64,000 nt of DNA from Prasinococcaceae sp. CCMP 1430 (lineage: Eukaryota; Plantae; Prasinodermophyta): positions 525,165 to 589,164 of the forward strand of contig RQSC01000027.1 in the NCBI GenBank assembly GCA_013416795.1. Direction: 5' to 3'. Numbering within the stretch: the stretch's first letter is position 1; every line of letters starts with the position of its first letter. The notes below the pieces were generated by a model that had not been told where the DNA came from, searched no databases, and worked only from the letters and a program-made list of their open reading frames with translations. This document shows, one piece after another, positions 1-9,364 of the stretch. A program made the translations under genes and the position numbers.

Positions 1-285
1 GTGCGGCCGCGCCCGCGCCCCGCCGCCCGCCCGCGCGCGAAATTCGCCCGCGCTCGGGCCCCGCTGGCTCGCGACGCACAAAACCCAAACACTTTGAGGT
101 TTGGGCATTCGCGCACCTCCTGCTCGTGAAATTGAGCGACCGCGAGGTAGGGTTTATTTCCGATGGCTCGGGGCCAGGAGTCGTGAGATCGAGCTGTGAT
201 GAAGTGCGTTCGAGCTCGCTTGTGCCTCGATGCATCTATCATGTACTTTTGGGTATGATGCGATCACGGGATACTCTAGGTCAGA

Positions 286-3200
286 ATGCATTGCGCTGCC
301 GTGCGCCAGCAAAGAGATCTCCCGTGGTTATTGCAATCGATTTTCCGGGTGTGTGCGCATCGCGCTCGCGGAAAGCGGCGGAGGCGCCGCCGGCGCGCGC
401 GCCTCTGCACGAATTCGCGCGCGCGCGCTGCATCCGAGGCCTGCGCCAGTGGGGGGGCGCGGCGGCGGCGCGCTGCCGAGCGCGCGGGCGCGACGGCCAC
501 GCAGCCGCACCCGGACGCGGGCGCGGGGGCGCAGGGCGCGCCGAGTGAGGCGGAGGCCGAGGCTGGCGAAGCCCTCGCATCTTCTACGGCGGATGAGGCC
601 GCCGCCGCCGCGGTCGGATCGCTCGAGACTGGAACGCTCCCGCTTGTGATCACGGGTGCGCGCAAGGCGGTCGTCGGTGCCGACGCGGATAGCGCCGTCG
701 TGCAGCGCGCCACCGACCTGCTGGTATCGGCGATTCGCGTGCTCGCTGTCGAGGACGGGAGCGCCGGCGCGGCACGTTCCTCGGTGCACGCAGTAGGTGC
801 ACTCCTCGACGAGATGCCGCCGCTTGCGGCCGCGCATGCTGCGTTCAAGCTCGTGCGGCACCTCCCGGTGGCAGGCGACGCGCTCGACCTCCTGCCTCGC
901 GCGCTGTCAGCAGCCGTCGCCGGCGGCATGCAGACGAAGCGCGACGAGGCGATGGCAGAGCTGCTGCAGTGCGAGTGGCCGGAGAACCGCCTCGCACAGG
1001 TGACGCAGGCGGTGGGCGAAATCGGTGACCTGACACAGGAGGAGCTGTCCAAAGCTGTCGCGAAAGTGCGCGGCGGCCTGGTGGGGCTCGAGCCCAGTGG
1101 CGTGCCGCCGGTCGTCTATCAGCTGTTGAAACTGTCGCGCAGGGGCTGCCGGGCGAATGCAGTCGACACGCTCGTCGCGCACTTCGAGCGCGCGGGTGCG
1201 ACCGGGAGCCTCAACGCCAACGGCACCGCGGCGCTTCGTCACGCGCAAGGCACGTGCCTCCTGCATCTGAGCTTCGCAGCAAAGGTTGACGCGGAGCTCG
1301 GAAAGGAGTGGCTGCGCGTGCTCAAGGCGCGAGCGCTGGCAGCGCCCACAGCCCGACTGCCGCCCGCGCTGGCCGCTGCGCTGTTGTCGCTGGCGGGCGT
1401 GCCGAGGCTCGCGGCGCCCGCCCTGGACATGCTGAAGGGCCGCGTGCTCGCCTCGTTTGCCGCGAAGCGCCGGCGCAAGCAGTGCCGGTGGCTCAAGCAG
1501 CTGGTGAAGATTCCGAGCGTCGCGGACAGCGAGGTCGCCGAGGGGGTGGAGGGGGATCCCTCGAAGGCGGTGCTCGCCGCTGCCGAACACTCGGCCTACG
1601 GTTGGGATCACCTGGCGCCGGCGCTGCTCGACCTGGGCTTCTTGTTGCTTGACTCGACGGCGTGCCGCAGTGGGGGAGTGCACGTCGGCGACGACGCCGT
1701 GGCGCTCGGCTCGAAGCTCCTGATGGCCGTCTACGACGCCCACGAGAGTGCGCGCAGCACCATCGTGGACGGCCTGCTCAGTGGTGTCGCGACGCCGCCC
1801 AAGAAGGGCGTGGTCATTACGCGCGATGCTCCGGGCGCGCATGCCTCCTTGTTGTCTGCCATTGCGTGGTCACGGCAGTCGACGCTGGTGCCGCGATTCG
1901 CGCCGCGTCTGAAGGAGGCGCTCGAGTACTTCGCGTTTCTTCCCCCGGGGGGCGGCGCCGCGCTGCTGACGGCGCTGCGTCCGCTTCTGCGACTCAGCAC
2001 GGATCTGCGGGACGATGCACTCCTGGTGCTGCGAAAAGCGACCTTCGCGCGCGACGAAGGTGCGCGCTTGGCTGCGGCGGAGGGTGTAACAAGCCTGCTG
2101 CTCGCCGCGGTCGGAGGCAGCGGTGCGGAGCGTGGCCTGGCTGGCGTCAACGGCGAGTACTCGCTCGGCCCGATGCTCGGGGGCTTCGAAGAGGGCGCCG
2201 GGGGGTCGTGCAGCCAAGCGTCAGAACTGCTTGCTGGCGCCAGCGCCGCGAGCGAAGTCGTGGGCGAGCTTGTGGGGCTCCTCGGGCGATGTTTGCACCA
2301 GCAGGCCGTCGTGCGTGCTGCGCTGTACGAGTCACTCTACAGGCTACAGCTCGCGTACCCGCTCGCCCAGGAGGCGGCGTGCGAGATGCTGCTCCCGCAT
2401 GTGCTCAGGTTCTACGCGTCGGATGAGACGGTGGACGAGCCCCTGCTCCGCCTGGACGACGCCGTGCGCGCACGCGGCGGGCGCGCAGAGCTCTGCGAGC
2501 CGCTCGGGAGGCTGCTGCGCTGCTGCGCGCGGCTGCTCGCCCTGCAGCCGCCTGGGTCGCAGCAAGCGCAGGCTGCGGGCGCCGCATCGCTGGGGTATCA
2601 GACGTTCCTGTCGACGCCGCCCACCCCGCTGCTGACCGTGTCGCACGGGGTCACCGAGATGGCCTCGTGCGCATCAGGCAGCGACTTTGCAAGGAAGCTA
2701 CACACCGCCCTGCAGGCCTTGTTCAGCCGCATCTCCGACGGGAAGGTCGACATTGCCGACTTTGGATTCGGGCCGCAAGCAGACTGGGCCGGCGAGCGCG
2801 CGGGCCAGACCAGGGAGCGGGCGAGGCAGCTGGCCGGCGCACTCGAGGTGGCCTTGGGCCACTTCGTCGAGCTCACGATCGGCTATTCGTGCGCCGGTGC
2901 CGGCGCCCCTGCGCCGGGTGGCAGCGGCAGCCAGCCTTCTACGGAGGAGAAGCTCGCGGACGCCGCCGAGCGCGCCGAGCGCGTGCTCGCCATGCTTCTC
3001 GAGCTGGGCCGTTGCGCCACCGCGCACCAGGACGTCGCGTCCAAGAAGAAGCCCGGCAGGCCCAAAAAACCGGCCGGCGGCTGCGGCGGGGGGGCCGACG
3101 CGGGCGCCGCCCATGGCGCCGTGGATCTCGGCATGCCGCTGTGCGGCTCGCGTTGCCTCTCGGCGCTCGCGCGCGTGTGCGTCCCGGCGCAGGAGGACAC

Positions 3201-4887
3201 CGACAGCCTCCAGTCCCTGCGGGACGCGCTCGCCCACCACGTGGGCGACCCGCTCTTCAAGCTGTGGGTCGCCTCTTCCATGCGGAGGCTACTCGAGGCT
3301 CGCGGCGAGGGCGACATGGCCGCTGATGCGGATTGGATGGCCGCAGGCGGGGACGCCGACGCTGTGGTGCTGTCTGCGCCTGCGTGTGGGATGCTGAAGG
3401 CGGCGGCTGACAGCCCCTCCCCGGAGACGGCCGCCGCCGAGGGCTCGACGCCCGACATCGCCGCCTCGGTAGCCGTGCAGGCAGCACTGTGCGTGGAGGC
3501 CGCGCTGGCAGCTGCGGCCGCCGCTGGGGGCGACTGTCTGGCGCGCGCCATGGCGGAGATCGGTGGGCTGACTGCGGACGCCACACTCAAGGAGGCGGCG
3601 ACGGCTGCGATGGGCGTGCTGGACAAGGCCGCCGCGGCCCTCCTCGAGGGTGGCGCCCCGGCCGCCGCGGCCGCGTGCGTCCGGGCGTGCGAGCGCGTGG
3701 CGAGCTCGGCAACAACAAAAGCGCGCGCAGAGCACGCCGATGCGCTGTCGGAGATGCTGAGCCTGGGCGCGGGGACAGGGGCCGGCCGCCGTTGGCGTGA
3801 GAACCTGTCGAAGGCGCTCATCCCGCCGGCGCTCGCGCACTCACAGCCGGGCGAGGACCTGGCGCTGGCCGCTCGGCTCGCATCGGCCATCCTTGAGTGC
3901 ATGGGCCCCATCGACGCACTCGATGGCGACGAGATACCCGAGGTCTCCACCGACTTCCAGGCCATCAGCCATGAGAGCATGCTAGCCGCCTCCGTCGCCG
4001 TGCTCGAGGCGACTGATACCGCACTGCAGGGCGTCGAGTGGCTTCTGGCGCCGCTGCGGAGCGCCTCAGCCTCATTCGCGCGCAGCTGCGGCGGCGTCGA
4101 CGCAGATGGCCAGAGCGACTTGCCCGATGGAAGCGGCGAGACGCGCAGCGCGCTGCAGGAGCTCGAGCGCGAGGCGTGCGAGCGCCTGGAGGCCGCCCAT
4201 GGCGTGCTGCTCCCGTTCTTCCGCGCGGACCCGGGATTCATGATGGACGCCAAGAGTCAGGACCTGCTCTTCAAGGTGGCCACGCGCGTGTTCAGCTGCC
4301 TGTCGCAGCTCGTGCTGTGCGCGACCGCGCCCAAGGGCTGCCGGCAGCATGGCCCGCAGGACTGCCTGCGCACGCTGGCGGAGATCGTGTCGAACGACAT
4401 GACGCCGGATGTGTACAAGTGGATGCAAGAGCGCGAGCGCGCAGAGCTGGCACAAGAGCAGGAGCTTGACGAGGACGACGGCGGCGGCGACGCCGATAAG
4501 GTCGAGCGCAAGCGCAAGCGCAAACACATGAAGGCCGCGCGCCTGGCCGACCGCGACATGCGCCACGTGCCCGCGCTCATCTTCGCCATCGAGGAGTACG
4601 AGCGCCACTTGTACACGTTGGCGAACGCCTCAAACGTCAACCTGCTTCGAGGCGCCAAGCGCTCGGTTGCGCGCGATTTCATGCTGCGCATCGGCGAGGG
4701 GAGAGGGGTTTCCAAGCGCGGCAGGAGCGGTGCGCAGCCCTCTGCCAGGTGCGAAGAGGAGGCCACTGTCGTCGGCGACGGCGACGACGACGACGACGAC
4801 GAGGAGGAGGAGGAGGAGGAGGGCGGCGACGACTACGAGGAGATGGATGAAGGCGAGGAGGGCGGCGAGATGGACGAGGGGGGCTGA
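286..4887 (+). CDS. FANCI: Fanconi anemia group I protein homolog (true start uncertain)
   Basis: 1533-aa helical ORF with 'PPVVYQLL' and 'LVLRKATFARD'. The C-terminal 'VPALIFAIEEYERHL..L...SNVNLL..AKRSVARDF' matches the FANCI C-terminus. Acidic D/E tail. Confidence 0.85.
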   Translation: MHCAAVRQQRDLPWLLQSIFRVCAHRARGKRRRRRRRARLCTNSRARAASEACASGGARRRRAAERAGATATQPHPDAGAGAQGAPSEAEAEAGEALASSTADEAAAAAVGSLETGTLPLVITGARKAVVGADADSAVVQRATDLLVSAIRVLAVEDGSAGAARSSVHAVGALLDEMPPLAAAHAAFKLVRHLPVAGDALDLLPRALSAAVAGGMQTKRDEAMAELLQCEWPENRLAQVTQAVGEIGDLTQEELSKAVAKVRGGLVGLEPSGVPPVVYQLLKLSRRGCRANAVDTLVAHFERAGATGSLNANGTAALRHAQGTCLLHLSFAAKVDAELGKEWLRVLKARALAAPTARLPPALAAALLSLAGVPRLAAPALDMLKGRVLASFAAKRRRKQCRWLKQLVKIPSVADSEVAEGVEGDPSKAVLAAAEHSAYGWDHLAPALLDLGFLLLDSTACRSGGVHVGDDAVALGSKLLMAVYDAHESARSTIVDGLLSGVATPPKKGVVITRDAPGAHASLLSAIAWSRQSTLVPRFAPRLKEALEYFAFLPPGGGAALLTALRPLLRLSTDLRDDALLVLRKATFARDEGARLAAAEGVTSLLLAAVGGSGAERGLAGVNGEYSLGPMLGGFEEGAGGSCSQASELLAGASAASEVVGELVGLLGRCLHQQAVVRAALYESLYRLQLAYPLAQEAACEMLLPHVLRFYASDETVDEPLLRLDDAVRARGGRAELCEPLGRLLRCCARLLALQPPGSQQAQAAGAASLGYQTFLSTPPTPLLTVSHGVTEMASCASGSDFARKLHTALQALFSRISDGKVDIADFGFGPQADWAGERAGQTRERARQLAGALEVALGHFVELTIGYSCAGAGAPAPGGSGSQPSTEEKLADAAERAERVLAMLLELGRCATAHQDVASKKKPGRPKKPAGGCGGGADAGAAHGAVDLGMPLCGSRCLSALARVCVPAQEDTDSLQSLRDALAHHVGDPLFKLWVASSMRRLLEARGEGDMAADADWMAAGGDADAVVLSAPACGMLKAAADSPSPETAAAEGSTPDIAASVAVQAALCVEAALAAAAAAGGDCLARAMAEIGGLTADATLKEAATAAMGVLDKAAAALLEGGAPAAAAACVRACERVASSATTKARAEHADALSEMLSLGAGTGAGRRWRENLSKALIPPALAHSQPGEDLALAARLASAILECMGPIDALDGDEIPEVSTDFQAISHESMLAASVAVLEATDTALQGVEWLLAPLRSASASFARSCGGVDADGQSDLPDGSGETRSALQELEREACERLEAAHGVLLPFFRADPGFMMDAKSQDLLFKVATRVFSCLSQLVLCATAPKGCRQHGPQDCLRTLAEIVSNDMTPDVYKWMQERERAELAQEQELDEDDGGGDADKVERKRKRKHMKAARLADRDMRHVPALIFAIEEYERHLYTLANASNVNLLRGAKRSVARDFMLRIGEGRGVSKRGRSGAQPSARCEEEATVVGDGDDDDDDEEEEEEEGGDDYEEMDEGEEGGEMDEGG

Positions 4888-5391
4888 GGCGATGAAAAAA
4901 TGCGTGCCCCTAGCGATTGGCCGCTGCCGGGCCGGCTCGCTGGCGCGCCAAAGACCATGTACAGATACATAGGCGCCACCGATGGCATTGTTGTTTGCAT
5001 GCACCGCTCGTTCCGTGCTGCAGCGCCGTGCGCGAAACGGATGCGGGCCGCTGTATCAAATGGCATGCCATCACATACACATGTGATCACACACGCGAAA
5101 ACGCCATCAAATGGCGGGGTGGCTAGAAAAGCATTCGAAAACGCCATCAAAAGCGTTCGGCATACGAAGACGCCATCAAGCCCGAACGAGTGGCTCACAC
5201 GCGCCCACGCGCGCGTGCGCGCGGCGTGTGTGCGCTGCCGACAGGCGCAGTGCACAAGCGCGCGGAGGACGCTGGCGCGCCACTGTGCGCGCGGAGAGCG
5301 GTCGGCCACGTGGTGTGCGTTGGTGGTCGGGACGCGCGGACTCCCCGTGCGTGTGAGAGGCCCGGCGAGCGGGGGGAGCGAGGGGAAGGCG

Positions 5392-6742
5392 ATGGCAGCG
5401 GCAGCGGCGGTGCGGCAGTGCCGCGGCGCGGCGGCGGTGGCGCGGCCGCTTCGCCAGCGCTCCGGGTGCGGGGCAGCGGCGGCGGCACGCGTGCGCCGCA
5501 CGGCGGTGCGCGCGGCAGATGAGGCCAAGGCGTCATCGATAGCGCGGCTGGACGCGCTGCTGGGCAAGCCCGAGGTCGCGGCGCCTGCGGCAGAGCCCGC
5601 ACAGGAGCAGCGAGAGGCGGCGGAGCCGGCCGCGGAGCAGGACGCGGCGCCAGTGCCTCCGGCCGACGTGGGGGCACTGTACGCGTCGCTCGGGGCTGCG
5701 TGCGATGCCGGGGACGTGAGCGCGACCAGGTCGGCAATGGCAGCGCTTTCGGAGGCCGGCGTCGCGGGCCTCTACGGCTCCGCGACCGGCACGCTGCGCC
5801 GCCGCACCACGTCGATGGCCGACCTCTCATCGGTGGGCATCAAGCAGCCGGAGTCCATCGCCACGCCCGAGGAGCGTGACGACCAGGGCTTCCTCACGAC
5901 GGTGCTACTGACGTGCTCCGTACTTGCCGTCGCCGGTGGCTTCCTGCCAGGCGACTGGGGCTTCTTCGTGCCGTACCTCACCGGCGCGATCGTGCTGGTG
6001 GTGCTCGCAGTGGGCTCCACCGCGCCAGGGCTGATGTACGCGGTGGTGGACAACATCACTGGCGCCGCCCAGCGCGCGAACGAGGGGCCCGAGGGCGAGC
6101 GCACGCTGCGCCACGAGGCCGCGCACATGCTCGTGAGCTACTGCTTGGGCACCCCGGTCATCTCGTACTCGCTCGACCTCGGCGCCGAGCACACCGACCT
6201 CGCGGAGGCGTCTCTGGACAGGCCGCTCGCGCTCAAGCTCATCGACGACGCGGAGCTCGACAGGCTGGCGGTCATGGCCATGGCGGGCGTTGCGGCAGAG
6301 GTGAGGGCGCGCGCTGCGCGGGATCGCGCGCGCGCGCGCGCGCGAGCGAGCGAGTGCTCGCGCGCATCGAAGGGGCGGTGGTGCCTTTCGAGATTGCGTG
6401 CCCTGCGCGCGCGAGAGGCGGGGTGCTTAGCGGGCGGGAGCAGCCTGGGCGCCACCGGCGCTGACCTGCTCCACCCCGCGTCTCCGCGCTGTTTTTGTCC
6501 AGGGCCTCGAGTACGACCAGGTCAAGGGTGGCACCGCAGACCTCTTCGACCTGCAGCGCCTGATAAACCGCGCGCGGAATGGCCTCAACGCCGAGCAGCA
6601 GCAGAGCATCGCGCGCTGGGCGGTCAAGGAGGCCGCCCTGGTGCTGCGGCGGGAGGAGCGCGCCTACGACGCGCTGCGAGAGGCCATGGCGCGCGGCGCG
6701 AGCGTGCCCGAGTGCATCCAAGCCATCGAGGGCGCGCGGTAG
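5392..6742 (+). CDS. Plastid membrane HExxH protein (VIR3 / FtsH M41-like family); intron 6301-6502
   Basis: Transit-peptide-like N-terminus, TM hairpin 'LPGDWGFFVPYL', and 'HEAAH' zinc motif. Removing the GT..AG intron (GCTGAC branch site) restores 'AMAGVAAE|GLEYDQVKGGTADL', ending at TAG 6740-6742. Confidence 0.8.
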
Positions 6743-7118
6743 GGGGTGCGCGTGGTGGCGCGGGGAAGAAGAGCACAGCGATGGCGCGCTTCGAGAATCA
6801 TAATAGACAGCCATCCATCGAGGCGGAGCCTGCGACGGGGGATGTACACAGCAGCCATTCGCTTTCCCGCGCGCTCGATGCTGTTCGTAGGCGACGACGA
6901 GCAACGTGGAGGGCCACGCGGTGATCGGCACGGCAGACATAGAATACCCGCCTCCGCGCTCTCGAGGGCCATTGCTCCCGCTCGCGCGCCAGGCGCTCCT
7001 CTGGGAGGGCGGAAAGGAAAGAAAGCACGGCCTGGCGCCCGGGCCGTGCGTGCATCGCTTAAACTTGTTCAGCGCGTGGTGATATGTGACAGATACCCAT
7101 GTTGTCACGGGCTCGCGC

Positions 7119-7777
7119 GATCATGCGCCGCCGCCGGAGCCGGCGCGCGACGGCGGCGGCCTTGGCCTGCTCCTCGAGCTTCTTCTCGGCCTGGAGCTGC
7201 TTCCTGAGCAGCGCCTTCTCGCGCTTGGCGCGCTCCTCAGGGGTGAGGGTGGCCAGCTCCTTGCGCTCCTTGGCGAGGTTCTTCTTGAGCTCCTTGCGGT
7301 CGCGCTTGAGCGCCTTCTTGGCCTGCTTCTCGCGCTCCTTCTGCGCGAGCGCCGCCAGGACGGTGTTCTGCGCGACGGCCGCGCCGCCGAACCGCGCGTC
7401 GAGGAGCTAGAAGTAGAAGTACTTGCGCAGTGCGCAGTACGAGAGCCCCTCGTCGGTCGTGATCTGTGCATGCGTGCGTGCGTGCGTGCGCGGGGGTGAA
7501 TGCGCCGTGTGTGAGGGCCGGCGAGAGGGTGGCGCGAGCAGGCCGGAAGGGAGAGAGATTGGGTGGGGGATGGGGATGAAGGAGGGGCAGACAAGGTAGG
7601 AACGCGAGGGCAGTGGGAGCATGGGATGGGTGGGTATGGGAGCGCGGCGGTGCACGCGTCAGCGATTGCCCACACGTGGCGCGCGTGGTACCGCGCTCGG
7701 CCGCGCGCGCTCTCGCAGGCGCGCGGACGCACCATCTCGACCTTCTTCGACGCGACGGGGGCGGTGTTGGCATCCAT
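7119..7777 (-). CDS. Small basic K/E/A-rich coiled-coil protein, copy 1 (about 129 aa after correcting two mirrored 55-nt segments); intron 7464-7732
   Basis: Exon 1 is MDANTAPVASKKVEM|GT and exon 2 begins AG|ITTDEG. 7149-7389 is the reverse complement of 8897-9137. The apparent in-frame stop lies inside a mirrored segment. Confidence 0.65.
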
Positions 7778-8065
7778 CCTGGGTTGAGGTGGGGGTGGGT
7801 TGTGTGTGTTATGTGAGAGCTGAGGGTGCTATGGTGGGCTGTGCGTGTGCGCGATGTGGCGCCCCCGCTCCCGCGGAGCCACGCCCACACTTCCTTCCCC
7901 CCCCCCACACCCCCGCGGCGCGGCCCGCGCACACGCGCGCACACACGCGCCCGCGCGCGTGTAGCGCTTTCGTTCCCCGCGCGTTCCTCCCCCGTAGCTC
8001 CTCGCGCACCTCCGAATCGCGGGCATCGAGCGCTTTCGCTCCGCGGGCCCGCCGCGCGCGCGGGG

Positions 8066-8837
8066 NNNNNNNNNNNNNNNNNNNNNNNNNNNNNNNNNNN
8101 NNNNNNNNNNNNNNNNNNNNNNNNNNNNNNNNNNNNNNNNNNNNNNNNNNNNNNNNNNNNNNNNNNNNNNNNNNNNNNNNNNNNNNNNNNNNNNNNNNNN
8201 NNNNNNNNNNNNNNNNNNNNNNNNNNNNNNNNNNNNNNNNNNNNNNNNNNNNNNNNNNNNNNNNNNNNNNNNNNNNNNNNNNNNNNNNNNNNNNNNNNNN
8301 NNNNNNNNNNNNNNNNNNNNNNNNNNNNNNNNNNNNNNNNNNNNNNNNNNNNNNNNNNNNNNNNNNNNNNNNNNNNNNNNNNNNNNNNNNNNNNNNNNNN
8401 NNNNNNNNNNNNNNNNNNNNNNNNNNNNNNNNNNNNNNNNNNNNNNNNNNNNNNNNNNNNNNNNNNNNNNNNNNNNNNNNNNNNNNNNNNNNNNNNNNNN
8501 NNNNNNNNNNNNNNNNNNNNNNNNNNNNNNNNNNNNNNNNNNNNNNNNNNNNNNNNNNNNNNNNNNNNNNNNNNNNNNNNNNNNNNNNNNNNNNNNNNNN
8601 NNNNNNNNNNNNNNNNNNNNNNNNNNNNNNNNNNNNNNNNNNNNNNNNNNNNNNNNNNNNNNNNNNNNNNNNNNNNNNNNNNNNNNNNNNNNNNNNNNNN
8701 NNNNNNNNNNNNNNNNNNNNNNNNNNNNNNNNNNNNNNNNNNNNNNNNNNNNNNNNNNNNNNNNNNNNNNNNNNNNNNNNNNNNNNNNNNNNNNNNNNNN
8801 NNNNNNNNNNNNNNNNNNNNNNNNNNNNNNNNNNNNN
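8066..8837. other. Assembly gap
   Basis: Run of N. Confidence 1.
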
Positions 8838-9167
8838 GGGCAGAGCATGACGCGTGACGCGTTCATGAAGATGAAGATCGAGGAGCTGCGCGCCAACGGC
8901 GGCGCGGCCGTCGCGCAGAACACCGTCCTGGCGGCGCTCGCGCAGAAGGAGCGCGAGAAGCAGGCCAAGAAGGCGCTCAAGCGCGACCGCAAGGAGCTCA
9001 AGAAGAACCTCGCCAAGGAGCGCAAGGAGCTGGCCACCCTCACCCCTGAGGAGCGCGCCAAGCGCGAGAAGGCGCTGCTCAGGAAGCAGCTCCAGGCCGA
9101 GAAGAAGCTCGAGGAGCAGGCCAAGGCCGCCGCCGTCCGCGCGGCCGAGGCCGCCGCCGCGTACTAG
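8838..9167 (+). CDS. Small basic coiled-coil protein, copy 2 (5' end in gap)
   Basis: Open frame GQSMTRDAFMKMKIEEL...AAAAY* with strong GC3 codon bias; inverted duplicate of copy 1. Confidence 0.7.
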   Translation, partial: GQSMTRDAFMKMKIEELRANGGAAVAQNTVLAALAQKEREKQAKKALKRDRKELKKNLAKERKELATLTPEERAKREKALLRKQLQAEKKLEEQAKAAAVRAAEAAAAY

Positions 9168-9364
9168 CGCGCTCGGGCACTGTTGTACCCATGCTTGTCA
9201 CATAACGAAGAACGCAACCTTCGCACTTTCAGTCCTCGAGGCCGCGCTCGCGGAGTCGGCAGAGCGCGCGCGCATCGTGCAGCCGTCGCGTCGCGCGGAG
9301 TAATAGGGAACCTATGTTACAGCGGGACCGCGTCGACGGCGAGCCCAACAATAAACGCCCGACC

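Noticed and set aside
7407-7409. In-frame TAG suggesting a pseudogene or stop-codon readthrough
   Set aside because: It lies inside the mirrored 55-nt segment; the complemented sequence gives a sense codon identical to copy 2.
7621-9124. ORFs reading through N gaps (also 58980-60153)
   Set aside because: Artefacts of translating N runs.
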